From: a virus
Lineage: Duplodnaviria; Caudoviricetes
IMG/VR virus record: IMGVR_UViG_3300012940_000883
Location: 1 to 24,403 of that record
Length of the DNA: 24,403 bases
Direction: 5' to 3' (one strand)
This document shows, in pieces, positions 7,534 to 16,754 of the stretch. Position 1 is the stretch's first letter, and every line of letters begins with the position of its first letter. The translations under genes and the position numbers were made by a program. Under the pieces are notes generated by a model. It had not been told where the DNA came from. It saw only the letters and a list, made by a program, of their open reading frames with translations, and did no database searches.

Positions 7534-8064
7534 ATGGCGAAACACCACCAACAGCCGCAACAGCAGTCTCTTCCGCGCCCCACGGCGCCCCTGACTCCCG
7601 TCCAGCCGAAGGACGAAACGGCGGAGGTGAGGACATGGCTTGCCCTCGGCCGCGTCGAAGGAGGCCGTCATGCCGTGGCCTACCTCAAGACGCAAGGGAC
7701 GCGAGTTGTGGAGTCTCTCCTGTTGAATTCGCGCTATGGCCCCATGCCGTGCAAGGACGCCAGCATGGCGGAGGACACGTGGGAAGAGGCGAGTTACCCC
7801 GTCCTCTTCCTCGGCCAGCCGCCCCTCACGGTGAAGGCCGAGACGCTGACGGAGGGCAAGGCGCTGGGCCTCCATAGGGTGGGCGGGAAGACGCTGGCGG
7901 TGGAGGTGGAAGTGGAGGGGAGCCGCCTTCTCTCCGAAGAAGGACGCGCGCTGTGGGCGGGCAGCAAAATGGACGCATGGGCGGAATTGACGAGTTACGC
8001 CGCTCACAACCTCCTGCCGAATTGGCAGGCCGAGCGGCGCCGCGCCGCACGGAGGAACGCATGA
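7534..8064 (+). CDS. hypothetical phage protein with a duplicated beta-rich unit
   Basis: GAGGGT RBS before the ATG at 7534; GC-rich third codon positions. Confidence 0.75.
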   Translation: MAKHHQQPQQQSLPRPTAPLTPVQPKDETAEVRTWLALGRVEGGRHAVAYLKTQGTRVVESLLLNSRYGPMPCKDASMAEDTWEEASYPVLFLGQPPLTVKAETLTEGKALGLHRVGGKTLAVEVEVEGSRLLSEEGRALWAGSKMDAWAELTSYAAHNLLPNWQAERRRAARRNA

Positions 8065-8225
8065 ATCATTACCCCGTCCATTTCGTCCATTGCTTCGAGT
8101 GCCGACTACCTGTGACGCCCACAGGCAGGCCGTTGGGCGGCGGCACAGCGCAACATGCGGCCGATGCCGTGGCGCGGCTGTGCGAGATGCTGCGCATCGC
8201 CTACCGACAGCAGGTGACGCCGTGA
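8061..8225 (+). CDS. small CxxC hypothetical protein
   Basis: GGAGGA RBS, ATGA/GTGA overlaps and an HCFEC motif. Confidence 0.55.
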   Translation: MNHYPVHFVHCFECRLPVTPTGRPLGGGTAQHAADAVARLCEMLRIAYRQQVTP

Positions 8226-8524
8226 GCGCATGGCAACATGCAGGCGCCTATGTGGCGGCCTTTGCCGTCACAGCCATCGGATGTGTCGGCATCGGCTGTG
8301 GCGTGGAGTGGCCGGGAGTCGTCGCCATTGGCCTCGCCGTGGGTCTCCTGCTCGGCTTTCGCGCCCTGGAGACGCTGGACGGTCGGCACCGCGCGCAGGA
8401 CGTGGCGGCCCTTGTGGCGCAGGTGGCCGCGCTGAAGGCCGAGATGGCCAAGGCCACTGAGACGGCTGAGGGCGCGTTGCGCACGGCGCGCGCCGCAAAC
8501 GAATCCCGCAAGCACACCTACTGA
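8222..8524 (+). CDS. membrane protein with two hydrophobic helices and a C-terminal coiled coil (possibly holin-like)
   Basis: Hydrophobic stretches YVAAFAVTAIGCVGIGC and VVAIGLAVGLLLGF, followed by VAALVAQVAALKAEMAK. Confidence 0.6.
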   Translation: MSAWQHAGAYVAAFAVTAIGCVGIGCGVEWPGVVAIGLAVGLLLGFRALETLDGRHRAQDVAALVAQVAALKAEMAKATETAEGALRTARAANESRKHTY

Positions 8525-8531
8525 GGGCAAC

Positions 8532-8996
8532 ATGGGCGACAACGACGAGACGAAGAACGCTGAGAAGCTGCCGCCCGCGTGGGACCGCAAGGGCGGACTG
8601 ATTCCTGGGCGCGGTAGCCTCAACCCTGGAGGCAAGCCCAAGTGGGTGAAGGAGTTCCAGATCGTCTTCCGCGACAGGTTGGCACAGCGCGCCGCCGATG
8701 TCCTGGAGAGGGTCATGGACAGGGCCCTCAACGTCGAGGACATCGAGAAGGCTGTGAGAGAGGCGGAGGCGCAGAACAAGCCCCACGTTATCGCCAGCCT
8801 CGAAGGCGCGCTCAACGAGCGCTACAAGCAGGCAACCAACGCGGCCGGGCACGCTTTGAAGTATATCCTGCCCGTCGTGAAGATGGACAATAAGCCGACG
8901 CCCGAGGAGCGGGAGGAGGCTTCCGCGCTGCGGAAGCTGTCGACTGGCGAGTTGCTGGCGCTGGCGAGGAAGCGGGAGAAGGGCGAAGAACACTGA
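8532..8996 (+). CDS. terS: terminase small subunit
   Basis: GxSxNPGGxPK (DUF5681-like) motif, a C-terminal LRKLSTGELLAL helix, and position directly upstream of TerL. Confidence 0.75.
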   Translation: MGDNDETKNAEKLPPAWDRKGGLIPGRGSLNPGGKPKWVKEFQIVFRDRLAQRAADVLERVMDRALNVEDIEKAVREAEAQNKPHVIASLEGALNERYKQATNAAGHALKYILPVVKMDNKPTPEEREEASALRKLSTGELLALARKREKGEEH

Positions 8997-10486
8997 TGGA
9001 TGACTTGACGCCCGAGGAGTGGGACGCACTACGCCACGACGCCATGGAGGAGTTGTGGCGCCGTGGTGAGGTGTGGCCACTCCTTGAGGCGCTGTTGGAC
9101 CGCGACCAGCTGTCGGATGCGCGCGCCATTTTCGAGGGCTGCGACATCCAGCGAGGACAGTTGCCGCAAGACGATTACGTGCTGGACATCAGCCGCCAGC
9201 GCGGCAAGTCGTGGCTGTGCTGCGTGCTGTGGGTGGTGCTGTGCCGATGCCTTTCAGGATTCATCGTCAAGTATTGCGCCCAAGAGCAGAAGTCCGTTCG
9301 CGCCATCGTACAGCCCACCGTGGACGCCATTCTCGTTGACTGTCCGCCCGAGTGGCGCCCGCGTTTCGTGCCGGATGACTCGAAGTGGGTTTTCCCGAAT
9401 GGCAGCAACTGCACGGCTGCCGGTGCGGACAACAAGCAGTACACCGCCCTTCGTGGCCAGAAGAGTCACCTGAACATTAAGGACGAGTCCGCATTCTATT
9501 CGGACTATGAGGCCGTGGAACGCGTCCTGGCGCCGCAGACGCAGACGACGAAGGGCTTTGCGATTGACGCCTCCACGCCTCCTGAATCTCCGGGGCACCC
9601 GTATACCACGGTAGCCAAGGCGGCGAAGCGGCGTGGGCGGTATTCGCACCGCACCATCTACAACCACCCGCGCATGACTCCCGCCGAGGTGGACTCCTTC
9701 TTGCGCAAGGAGGCCGCCAAGAAGGGTCTCACGCTGGAGCAATTCAAGGAGACATCTTACTACAAGCGCGAATTTCTCTGTCAGCACGTCGTGGAAGAGG
9801 CGCGCGTCATCGTCCCTGAGTGGCAACACGTGGACGAGTCGAAGGTTGTTGTCGACCACCCGCGCCCGGTGCGGTACACGGCGTACTCCGTTATTGACCC
9901 GGGAGAGACGCGCAGCCTCTTTGTCGGCCTCCATGGCTTCTGGGACTTCGTTCTGGGCGTGCTTCATGTAGAGCGAGAGACGGTGCTTCGCTATCCATCC
10001 ACTTCGGAGTCCGGAGAGGCGCTGGTGGAGGCTGAGCGGGTGTTGTGGAAGGACGATTTGGCGAATGGACGGATTGACGCAATTATCCGCAAGTCAGACG
10101 TGGATGTGACGCTGATTCGGGACCTCAACAAGCACCCTTACAACCTGCCTTTCGAGGCCACAGAGAAGACGAATGCGGATGCCGCGCGCAACGCCACACG
10201 CGCCGCCATTGCCAGCGGGCAGATTCTCATCAGCCCCAAGTGCAAGGTGCTGCTGCTGACGCTCGACACGGGCATTTGGAACAAGCAGCGAACCAGCTAT
10301 GAGTTCAGCGAGCAGACGGGCCATGCCGACGCGTGGGACACGTTGTGCTATATGTGGCGCAACGTGCAACGCAACCGCAACCCCATGCTGACGGTGCCCG
10401 CGCACGTACATATTCCGGGGCAGCAACTGCCGCGCACGCCCGCGCAGGCGGCCTTCAAGGGCGCTTTCAAGAGGATTGGGACATGA
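8996..10486 (+). CDS. terL: terminase large subunit
   Basis: Walker A ISRQRGKS, LRG then Walker B NIKDES, motif III ASTP, YKREFLC, nuclease VIDPG and C-terminal GHADAWDTLCY. Confidence 0.92.
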   Translation: MDDLTPEEWDALRHDAMEELWRRGEVWPLLEALLDRDQLSDARAIFEGCDIQRGQLPQDDYVLDISRQRGKSWLCCVLWVVLCRCLSGFIVKYCAQEQKSVRAIVQPTVDAILVDCPPEWRPRFVPDDSKWVFPNGSNCTAAGADNKQYTALRGQKSHLNIKDESAFYSDYEAVERVLAPQTQTTKGFAIDASTPPESPGHPYTTVAKAAKRRGRYSHRTIYNHPRMTPAEVDSFLRKEAAKKGLTLEQFKETSYYKREFLCQHVVEEARVIVPEWQHVDESKVVVDHPRPVRYTAYSVIDPGETRSLFVGLHGFWDFVLGVLHVERETVLRYPSTSESGEALVEAERVLWKDDLANGRIDAIIRKSDVDVTLIRDLNKHPYNLPFEATEKTNADAARNATRAAIASGQILISPKCKVLLLTLDTGIWNKQRTSYEFSEQTGHADAWDTLCYMWRNVQRNRNPMLTVPAHVHIPGQQLPRTPAQAAFKGAFKRIGT

Positions 10487-10716
10487 GCCTGGGGCTGCCT
10501 CCGCTGCGCATTTCGCTGACGCCCGAGACGCACCGCGCGCTGGAAATCTGGCTGCAAGCCTGCATTGAGCGCGTGGAGCGCGAGGGCCGTATGGCGTCGC
10601 TGGAGGGCGGTGAGTACCGGGGCCGCGTCAACGGTGCGAAGAGAATGGCCACACTCCTGTCCGAGACTTTGACGCCCGTGAAGCAAGGCGTAGAGTCGGA
10701 ACAGGAGGAGGCATGA
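10483..10716 (+). CDS. hypothetical protein inserted between terL and portal
   Basis: ATGA overlaps at both ends. Confidence 0.6.
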   Translation: MSLGLPPLRISLTPETHRALEIWLQACIERVEREGRMASLEGGEYRGRVNGAKRMATLLSETLTPVKQGVESEQEEA

Positions 10717-10979
10717 AAATTCTCGATGTGTTGCCGCTGGGATTGAGCCGAGACAGGCAACTCGAAGACTTCCGCCTCATGGTGACGGAATACGAGTGGC
10801 GCTTCTACTATGAGCCACTCGGGTTCCAAACTGGAAGCATCAGCCGCAAGAAGGTTGCTGAAATGCAGCTGCGACTCGGTGGCCGCTTTGCGCTTGAGGA
10901 GTGGCTGGAGGCCGAGATTCGACGCGCCTGTGACGTTGACCCGCTGCGCGTCATGCAGATTGCGCAGGTGGGGCCATGA
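10713..10979 (+). CDS. hypothetical protein
   Basis: GGAGGAGG RBS and ATGA overlaps. Confidence 0.65.
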   Translation: MKILDVLPLGLSRDRQLEDFRLMVTEYEWRFYYEPLGFQTGSISRKKVAEMQLRLGGRFALEEWLEAEIRRACDVDPLRVMQIAQVGP

Positions 10980-11194
10980 GCGCCGCTGGCTTCTTCAGCG
11001 CATTCACCCACGCCGTGGACGCCATTGGACGCATGGTGGAGTGTGAGACGCAGGCGAGCGCTGCCAACTACCACCGCAAGGTGATGGCGGCCTATGGGCA
11101 GGTATATGGGCCGCTCCACGCTCGCGAGGTACAGCGGCAAATGGCTGCGATTCTGGATGGCTGCGAGGCCCTTCGGCAGGGGGCGGACCCGTGA
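10976..11194 (+). CDS. hypothetical protein
   Basis: ATGA/GTGA overlaps. Confidence 0.6.
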   Translation: MSAAGFFSAFTHAVDAIGRMVECETQASAANYHRKVMAAYGQVYGPLHAREVQRQMAAILDGCEALRQGADP

Positions 11195-11400
11195 ACTACA
11201 TGCAATGCGAGTGTGGCGCCTATCACTTCGCTGGACGCCCCTTTTGTGAGGGCTGTGGCGCACAGCCTCCGCGCCCCAGGTCAACGCATCGGACTGACGC
11301 CGACGCGGACCCGGAGACGTCGCCCGATGACTTCTGCGCCGTCACCATCGCCCTGACGGCAGCGCTGGAGGCCAACAACGGGAAATGGGCTGTCGCCTAG
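11191..11400 (+). CDS. small zinc-ribbon protein
   Basis: CECG...FCEGCG pattern. Confidence 0.6.
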   Translation: MNYMQCECGAYHFAGRPFCEGCGAQPPRPRSTHRTDADADPETSPDDFCAVTIALTAALEANNGKWAVA

Positions 11401-11413
11401 TAATAGGAAAAGC

Positions 11414-13465
11414 ATGGCCCTCTCATACTTCGCACGCCTTCCGCCCTACAGTCACGAACTTGGGGCGCGCCTTATGGGCATGGTGGACCGTTGGTATCAG
11501 GGACTCCCTGGCCTCCGGGCGTACCAGCGCGCGCGGCGCGTGCGAAACCTTTACTACGGGCTGCCGTCCACGACGTCGCCATTCGATATCACCAGTGTGG
11601 CCATGCTGGGCGAGCAGGGCGAGTTGAGCGCAATCCAGGTGAATCGGCTTCACCACCTCGGCCAGCGGCTTCTCACCATGGCGGGTACGGACGACTTCGG
11701 CTGGCAGCCCGTGGCCACGAATGCGGACACCGCCAGCCGGGAAGAGGCCATTCTGGCGGGCAGTGTGTTGGAGCATGAGAAGCGCGCCAGTCGTCTCCAG
11801 AACCTCCGCCACTCCTTCGACGAGTTGTCGATTCTGGATGGCTTCTCGTACTTCTCCGTCCGGTGGGACCCGAGCGCCGGCCCGAAGTACGAAGACCTCG
11901 AAGGGCAGGCTGTCTACGAGGGCCGTCTGAAAACAGCGCCACACTCGTGGTGGCGCACCGTCATGGACGTCAACCGTCGTGACTCCAAACACGACTGGCT
12001 GATTCTCACCGAGTTCCACAACCGCTGGGACTTGGCCGAGCAGTATGGGCGCGGCAACCCATCCCTCTACGACAAGCTGACGCGCCTGCCGCCCGAAAAC
12101 CGCTTCGTCCTCCAGTGGCAGGAGTCGGTTCGCGGGCGCATGTGGGACTTCGACACGGACCCGCAGGTGCCGCTGTATACCCTCTTCCACAAGCCGACGC
12201 CTTCTGTTCCAGAGGGGCGCGAAGTCCGCTTCGTCGCGGACGGCACCATCCTCTGGGACGGCCCCTCCGTGTATGGCGAGGAGTTGCCGGTGTACCGCGT
12301 GGCCTCGGCCGACGTGGTGGATACGCCATTTGGCGTGTCTCCGCTGGCAGACGTAGTGGCGCTCCAGCAGGTCGTCAACATGATGTTTTCCACGATGACG
12401 ACCAACGCCGTCAATCACGGCGTGGCCAATATCGCTGTGCGCAGCCAAGCCAACCTGTCCCGCAGCCAGTGGGACGGCGCGAATATCTGGGAGGTGGAGG
12501 ACCCGGAGAAGGACGTCAAGGCGCTGGATCTCGTCCGCATGTCGGCTGACGTGAAGGACTTGGCGCAAATGCTATTGGGAGAGATGACGACCCTTATGGG
12601 CTTCAATGCCGTCTCCCTCGGCATGCAGGAACACCAGATGTCCGGGCGCCTCGCCGCGCTGCTGGACTCCAAGTCCGTGCAGTACGCCTCTCTATTCATC
12701 GCTGGCGACAGGCAGGCAGTGACGGACCTCGGAACGGCTGTCATCGACCGTTACCGGAGATTCGCGCGCGCGCCGCGTAACCTCGAAGTCATCGCTGGCG
12801 AGGGCCGGCGCTACATGCTGGAGGGCTTCGTCGGCAAGCAACTGGGCTCCATCGCCCGCGTCACGGTGGACACGCGCAACGGCATCATGTCGACGGTGTC
12901 CGGGAAAATGGCCTTTGCGGAGACGTTGGTGGAGTCGGGCGTGCTGGAGAACCCCAACCCCCTGCCGCTGCGCGTCCTCACCAGCGTCTACACCCAGGGC
13001 AACCTGGACGTGGCCCTGCTGCCCGTCGAGACGAGCGACATGTTGATGGCGCGAGAGAATGACATGCTCGCCCGAGGCGAAATGCCGGTGGTGCGCGCGA
13101 CGGACGACCACGTCGCCCACATCCTCAAGCACCGCGAGGTGGAGGCGAACCCGAGCGTGCGCATGGACGAAGCAGTTGCTGCCGCCACTGGCGACCACAT
13201 CAACGAGCACATTGCCAACTTGCGCATGCTGGACCCGGCACTCCTCAAGATTCTTGGCCAGCCTGCGTTGGCGCTGGAGCCCGGCATGGCTCCTCCGATG
13301 CAGGACGCCGCAGCCCCACTCCCTCCCGGCAGCATGCCCGCTGAGGGCCCCCGGGTTGATGACGGCATGGCGGGAATGATGGCACCTGACCAACTGCCAG
13401 ACATGCCAGACATGCCAGACATGCCTGCCCCTGCCGAGCCTCCGCCCGGCACCCTTCCCATGTAA
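11414..13465 (+). CDS. portal protein (P22/podovirus-like) with Pro/Met-rich C-terminal tail
   Basis: 683 aa between TerL and scaffold. Contains PFGVSPLADVVALQQVVN and SGRLAALL segments and a DDHVAHILKH tail motif typical of such portals. Confidence 0.85.
   Translation: MALSYFARLPPYSHELGARLMGMVDRWYQGLPGLRAYQRARRVRNLYYGLPSTTSPFDITSVAMLGEQGELSAIQVNRLHHLGQRLLTMAGTDDFGWQPVATNADTASREEAILAGSVLEHEKRASRLQNLRHSFDELSILDGFSYFSVRWDPSAGPKYEDLEGQAVYEGRLKTAPHSWWRTVMDVNRRDSKHDWLILTEFHNRWDLAEQYGRGNPSLYDKLTRLPPENRFVLQWQESVRGRMWDFDTDPQVPLYTLFHKPTPSVPEGREVRFVADGTILWDGPSVYGEELPVYRVASADVVDTPFGVSPLADVVALQQVVNMMFSTMTTNAVNHGVANIAVRSQANLSRSQWDGANIWEVEDPEKDVKALDLVRMSADVKDLAQMLLGEMTTLMGFNAVSLGMQEHQMSGRLAALLDSKSVQYASLFIAGDRQAVTDLGTAVIDRYRRFARAPRNLEVIAGEGRRYMLEGFVGKQLGSIARVTVDTRNGIMSTVSGKMAFAETLVESGVLENPNPLPLRVLTSVYTQGNLDVALLPVETSDMLMARENDMLARGEMPVVRATDDHVAHILKHREVEANPSVRMDEAVAAATGDHINEHIANLRMLDPALLKILGQPALALEPGMAPPMQDAAAPLPPGSMPAEGPRVDDGMAGMMAPDQLPDMPDMPDMPAPAEPPPGTLPM
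13395..13425 (+). repeat. 9-bp tandem repeat (tgccagaca)x3.4 encoding PDM repeats
   Basis: Directly visible in the portal 3' end. Confidence 0.9.
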
Positions 13466-13476
13466 GGAGACTCGCC

Positions 13477-14505
13477 ATGGCTGATACCGCACCTGCCGCA
13501 CCTGCCGCACCGCCTACCCCAGCTGAGCCTCACAAGCCGCACCACTCCGCCCTTCAGCCGCGCGACCAGGGGAAGTTTGCCGGCGCGCCTGACGCCTCAA
13601 AGGCGCCTCCTCAGGGCGCCACGGCAGCGCCCCCCGCGCCGAAGGTCTACAAGTTGGGGGGAAAGGAGTACACGGACCCGGACGCCCTTTACGCCCACGC
13701 GCAGGCCGCCCACGCTGCCGCGCTAGAGGCCAAGGCCGAGAGAGAGGCCCTCGCCGCTTTTAAGAAGCAGGCGGAGGAGGCCGCGCGCCGAGCGAAGGAG
13801 TTGGAGGCCAAGGCGGCCAACCCGCTGGCGTCGCTGACCGCCGAGCAACGTCGGGAGTTGCTGTTGGAAGAGGCGCGTCAGTGGCAATTGGAGGAGGAAA
13901 TCCGGAAGATGCCTCCGGAGCAACAGGCCATCGTCCGCGCCCGGCAGGAGTTGGACAAGGAGCGCAAGGCGCTGGAGGCAGAGAAGGCTGAGCGCCAGCG
14001 GCAGGCCGAAGAGGCGAAGGCAAAGGCCGAGCGGGAGCGGCAGGCCGCCGAGGACAAGGCCGCCGAGGACCAGCTGCGCGGACATATTGGCGCCAGTTTG
14101 GAGGCGTCTGGGCTGCCGATGACGGCGAACAACTTCCTGCGCGTCACGGCGATTGTCCGTGGCGGCCTCGACAGAGGCGTCCTGTACCCCGCCGAGGTGA
14201 TTGGCGCCAAGGTGCGTCAGCAGGTGGCGCTGGAGCGCGCGGAGACGCTGAAGGCCGCGACGCTGGCGGACCTGCTGACTCCGGAAAACATCGCCAAGCT
14301 GGAGGCGATTGAGGACCCGGCGCAGCTGCGGCTGCTGGGGAAGCTGGGCGAGAAGTTGCGCAAGCTCAACCTCGCTGACGCGGGACTGCGCCCCGTCGTC
14401 GCTCCTCCGCCCACCCAAGGCAACCTCCAGACGACGGAGCCGGACTGGCCTCCGGGTGACCCGCGCTGGGAAAAGCACGTCCGCGACAAGGTGCGCGGGC
14501 GCTAG
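13477..14505 (+). CDS. capsid scaffolding protein
   Basis: Charged coiled-coil protein between portal and MCP with a Pro/Ala N-terminus, RDQGKFA motif and AAGGAG RBS. Confidence 0.75.
   Translation: MADTAPAAPAAPPTPAEPHKPHHSALQPRDQGKFAGAPDASKAPPQGATAAPPAPKVYKLGGKEYTDPDALYAHAQAAHAAALEAKAEREALAAFKKQAEEAARRAKELEAKAANPLASLTAEQRRELLLEEARQWQLEEEIRKMPPEQQAIVRARQELDKERKALEAEKAERQRQAEEAKAKAERERQAAEDKAAEDQLRGHIGASLEASGLPMTANNFLRVTAIVRGGLDRGVLYPAEVIGAKVRQQVALERAETLKAATLADLLTPENIAKLEAIEDPAQLRLLGKLGEKLRKLNLADAGLRPVVAPPPTQGNLQTTEPDWPPGDPRWEKHVRDKVRGR
13487..13511 (+). repeat. 9-bp tandem repeat (ccgcacctg)x2.8 encoding APA repeats
   Basis: Directly visible at the scaffold 5' end. Confidence 0.8.
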
Positions 14506-14516
14506 CCGCTGGCACC

Positions 14517-14578
14517 GGGCTCCATGGAATAGGGCCGTGTAGAGGTCAAAAGCCTACACACCTTCCTCCATGGAGCCC
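14517..14578 (+). promoter_or_regulatory. RNA stem-loop covering the major capsid RBS
   Basis: 12-bp perfect inverted repeat gggctccatgga/tccatggagccc with an inner gtgtag/ctacac stem; the GGAG lies in the 3' arm. Confidence 0.7.
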
Positions 14579-14580
14579 TC

Positions 14581-15903
14581 ATGGCGCCCCCTCCTCCGGT
14601 AATCGACACCAACCAGCTGTACGCGAACTTCAAGGAGATTTACGGGGACAAGTTCCTCACGATGTCTCCGGTGGATCGCCAGTTGTATGACGCGTTCCCC
14701 TTCGAGGCTGGAGATGAGCCCGGCCGCGCGTACTACGAAGCCATTCGCATGACGGAGGAGCAGGGTTACACCTTCAACCTGCAAGGCACCTCCAACCGCA
14801 CGTTGAACCCGTCGATCGCGCTCAAGACGGAGCGCGCCAGCATCATCGGCAACATCATGGAGTTCCGCTCCTCGGTGGACATGGAGGCCATCAAGCGTGG
14901 CGGCTCGACGAAGCAGGCTTTCCGCGAGACGATCGGCATCAAGCAGGAGGGCCTGCGCGACTCTATGCTGTTCCACACGGAGTGGACGCTTCTGCGCGGC
15001 GGCACGCCCTGTGGCACCATCACCGCCCTGGCGGCGGACCCTGCTGGCAATGCCGCGCGCCGCCTGCTGACGCTCTCCACCACCGGCTACGCTGACGCCT
15101 TCTGGTCGAACAGTGAGAACATGCCGATGGACATCTACGACACCACGAGCGCGACCCTCGCGCCGGGTGCCGTGCGGCGCAACACGGTGACGGCGGGAAC
15201 GCTGAACAAGTTCCGCGTCATCTCGTGGCTGCCCGACACGCGGCAGATTCTCGTCGAGGCGGACCTGAACACGGACTGGACCGCCGTCGTCGCGAATGAC
15301 CGGCTGTGGCGCACTGGCGCGTACCTCGCGGAGGACCTCGGTATGCTGACGATCTGCGGCATGTCCGGGCAAACCGTCTTCGGCATCTCTCAGACCGTCT
15401 ATGGCAAGTGGAACTCGTACCGCGACGTCACGGGCGGCCCGCTGACCATGTCGAAGATTCAGCGCGCCATCGCCGGGATTCGTGGCCGCTCCGCGATGAA
15501 GGCCGCCTACACGGCGCGCATGCACCCTCTCCAGTGGGAGGCTGTGCACAACGACCTGACGGCGCTGCGTCGCTTCGACTCGTCCTACAAGATGAGCAAG
15601 GCCGACGCGGGGCACTCGGAAATCGAGTTCTACAGCGCGGCTGGCACCGTGAAGCTGATCTCCAACGTGTTCATGCCGCTGGACTCGTGCATCATCACCG
15701 ACGAGTCCACGTGGAGCCGGCGCGGCGTCAGCGACATCGACTTCAACATGCCCGGCGCGGGGGCCGACGGCAACCCGCAGATGTACGTCATCAACCAGGA
15801 CCAGAACGTCATCCAGTTCCGCGCGTACGGCCAGCAGGGGATGTTCTGCAACCGGCTGAACCGGAACGCGTACCTCGGCAACCTGGACATCCCCGGCACC
15901 TGA
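14581..15903 (+). CDS. major capsid protein (HK97 fold)
   Basis: 440 aa after the scaffold with the strongest codon bias in the window. N-terminal NFKEIYG and C-terminal FRAYGQQGMFCNRLNRNAYLGNL are MCP-like. Confidence 0.85.
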   Translation: MAPPPPVIDTNQLYANFKEIYGDKFLTMSPVDRQLYDAFPFEAGDEPGRAYYEAIRMTEEQGYTFNLQGTSNRTLNPSIALKTERASIIGNIMEFRSSVDMEAIKRGGSTKQAFRETIGIKQEGLRDSMLFHTEWTLLRGGTPCGTITALAADPAGNAARRLLTLSTTGYADAFWSNSENMPMDIYDTTSATLAPGAVRRNTVTAGTLNKFRVISWLPDTRQILVEADLNTDWTAVVANDRLWRTGAYLAEDLGMLTICGMSGQTVFGISQTVYGKWNSYRDVTGGPLTMSKIQRAIAGIRGRSAMKAAYTARMHPLQWEAVHNDLTALRRFDSSYKMSKADAGHSEIEFYSAAGTVKLISNVFMPLDSCIITDESTWSRRGVSDIDFNMPGAGADGNPQMYVINQDQNVIQFRAYGQQGMFCNRLNRNAYLGNLDIPGT

Positions 15904-15910
15904 TGCCAAC

Positions 15911-15936
15911 GGGCCCGGTTGAGTAGCGCCGGGCCC
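15911..15936 (+). other. GC hairpin downstream of the MCP stop (mRNA stabiliser or attenuator)
   Basis: gggcccgg-N10-ccgggccc with no U-tract. Confidence 0.5.
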
Positions 15937-15958
15937 TCATCCTCTCCAGGAGACTGCA

Positions 15959-16453
15959 ATGGCATACGGACGAACGGTCATCACGATTACCCACCCCAAC
16001 GACGACCTCACGCTTCCGAGCGGAACCGAGGCCGGCCGCGTCACCAATGCGGCAGTGGTGTTTCTCGAAAAGAACTACGCTGGCGGCACGCGCACGGGGA
16101 CGACTGTTGCCATTGGCCAGGGTGGCACGCAAGCCACGGGGACGCTGACGTTCAGCAGTGCTACGGGCACCGTGGGTGCCACCATCAACGGTATCGCCGC
16201 GACGGTGACGGCTGCGGGTGGCGACAACAACACCGCGACGCTGGTCGCCAATACCATCAACGGGAGCGTCAACCCGCTGATTCAGGGCATTGTCACGGCG
16301 AGTGCCACGGGCAACGTGGTGACGATTACCGCCGTTGCGTATGGTGCCAGCGGCAATGCCGTCACTCTGGCTGCGTCTGGCACGGGTGTTACGGCGTCTG
16401 GCGCGCGCCTGACTGGCGGAGTCTCGCCAACCACTCGGACGCTGGTGAGGTGA
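15959..16453 (+). CDS. virion structural protein (probable head decoration), Thr/Gly/Ala-rich beta fold
   Basis: AGGAG RBS, position after the MCP, and an ATGTLTF...IN...VTAS...VVTITA...GN...LTGG pattern. Confidence 0.7.
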   Translation: MAYGRTVITITHPNDDLTLPSGTEAGRVTNAAVVFLEKNYAGGTRTGTTVAIGQGGTQATGTLTFSSATGTVGATINGIAATVTAAGGDNNTATLVANTINGSVNPLIQGIVTASATGNVVTITAVAYGASGNAVTLAASGTGVTASGARLTGGVSPTTRTLVR

Positions 16454-16457
16454 CACC

Positions 16458-16736
16458 ATGGCCCTGACTGCGCAGAAGGCGTTGGAAATGCTGACTGACC
16501 TCGAAGGGTGGCTGTCCATGAAGGCCGCCGAGGAGGCGGGCATGGATGAGCCCGACGAGCCTCCCTCCGAGGAAGCCATGGAAGGCGCTGGCGAGTCTGG
16601 CGCCCCTCCTGGTGCCGGGGACAAGGGTGTGGGCGTCGTCATCGCGCTCAAGCCCAAGGGTGGCCCTGGCGGCGAGAAGGTGCCTGGGTGTGCCGACTGC
16701 GAGGCTGGCACGCCTCACCAGCACATGGGGCGCTGA
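16458..16736 (+). CDS. small acidic protein with a C-terminal CxxC-x5-HxH motif
   Basis: GAGGTG RBS; last gene before the terminator. Confidence 0.7.
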   Translation: MALTAQKALEMLTDLEGWLSMKAAEEAGMDEPDEPPSEEAMEGAGESGAPPGAGDKGVGVVIALKPKGGPGGEKVPGCADCEAGTPHQHMGR

Positions 16737-16754
16737 CTCGGCGCCGCAGACTTC

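Noticed and set aside
11423-13510. Long minus-strand ORFs (381 aa, 272 aa) opposite the portal
   Set aside because: Shadow frames of a well-supported gene in GC-rich DNA.
13395-13511. Short tandem repeats considered as a CRISPR array or origin iterons
   Set aside because: They are 9-bp in-frame units with no spacers, encoding Pro-rich linkers.
14554-15909. 451-aa minus-strand ORF exactly opposite the major capsid gene
   Set aside because: Antisense shadow ORF expected from strong GC3 codon bias; no protein-like motifs.
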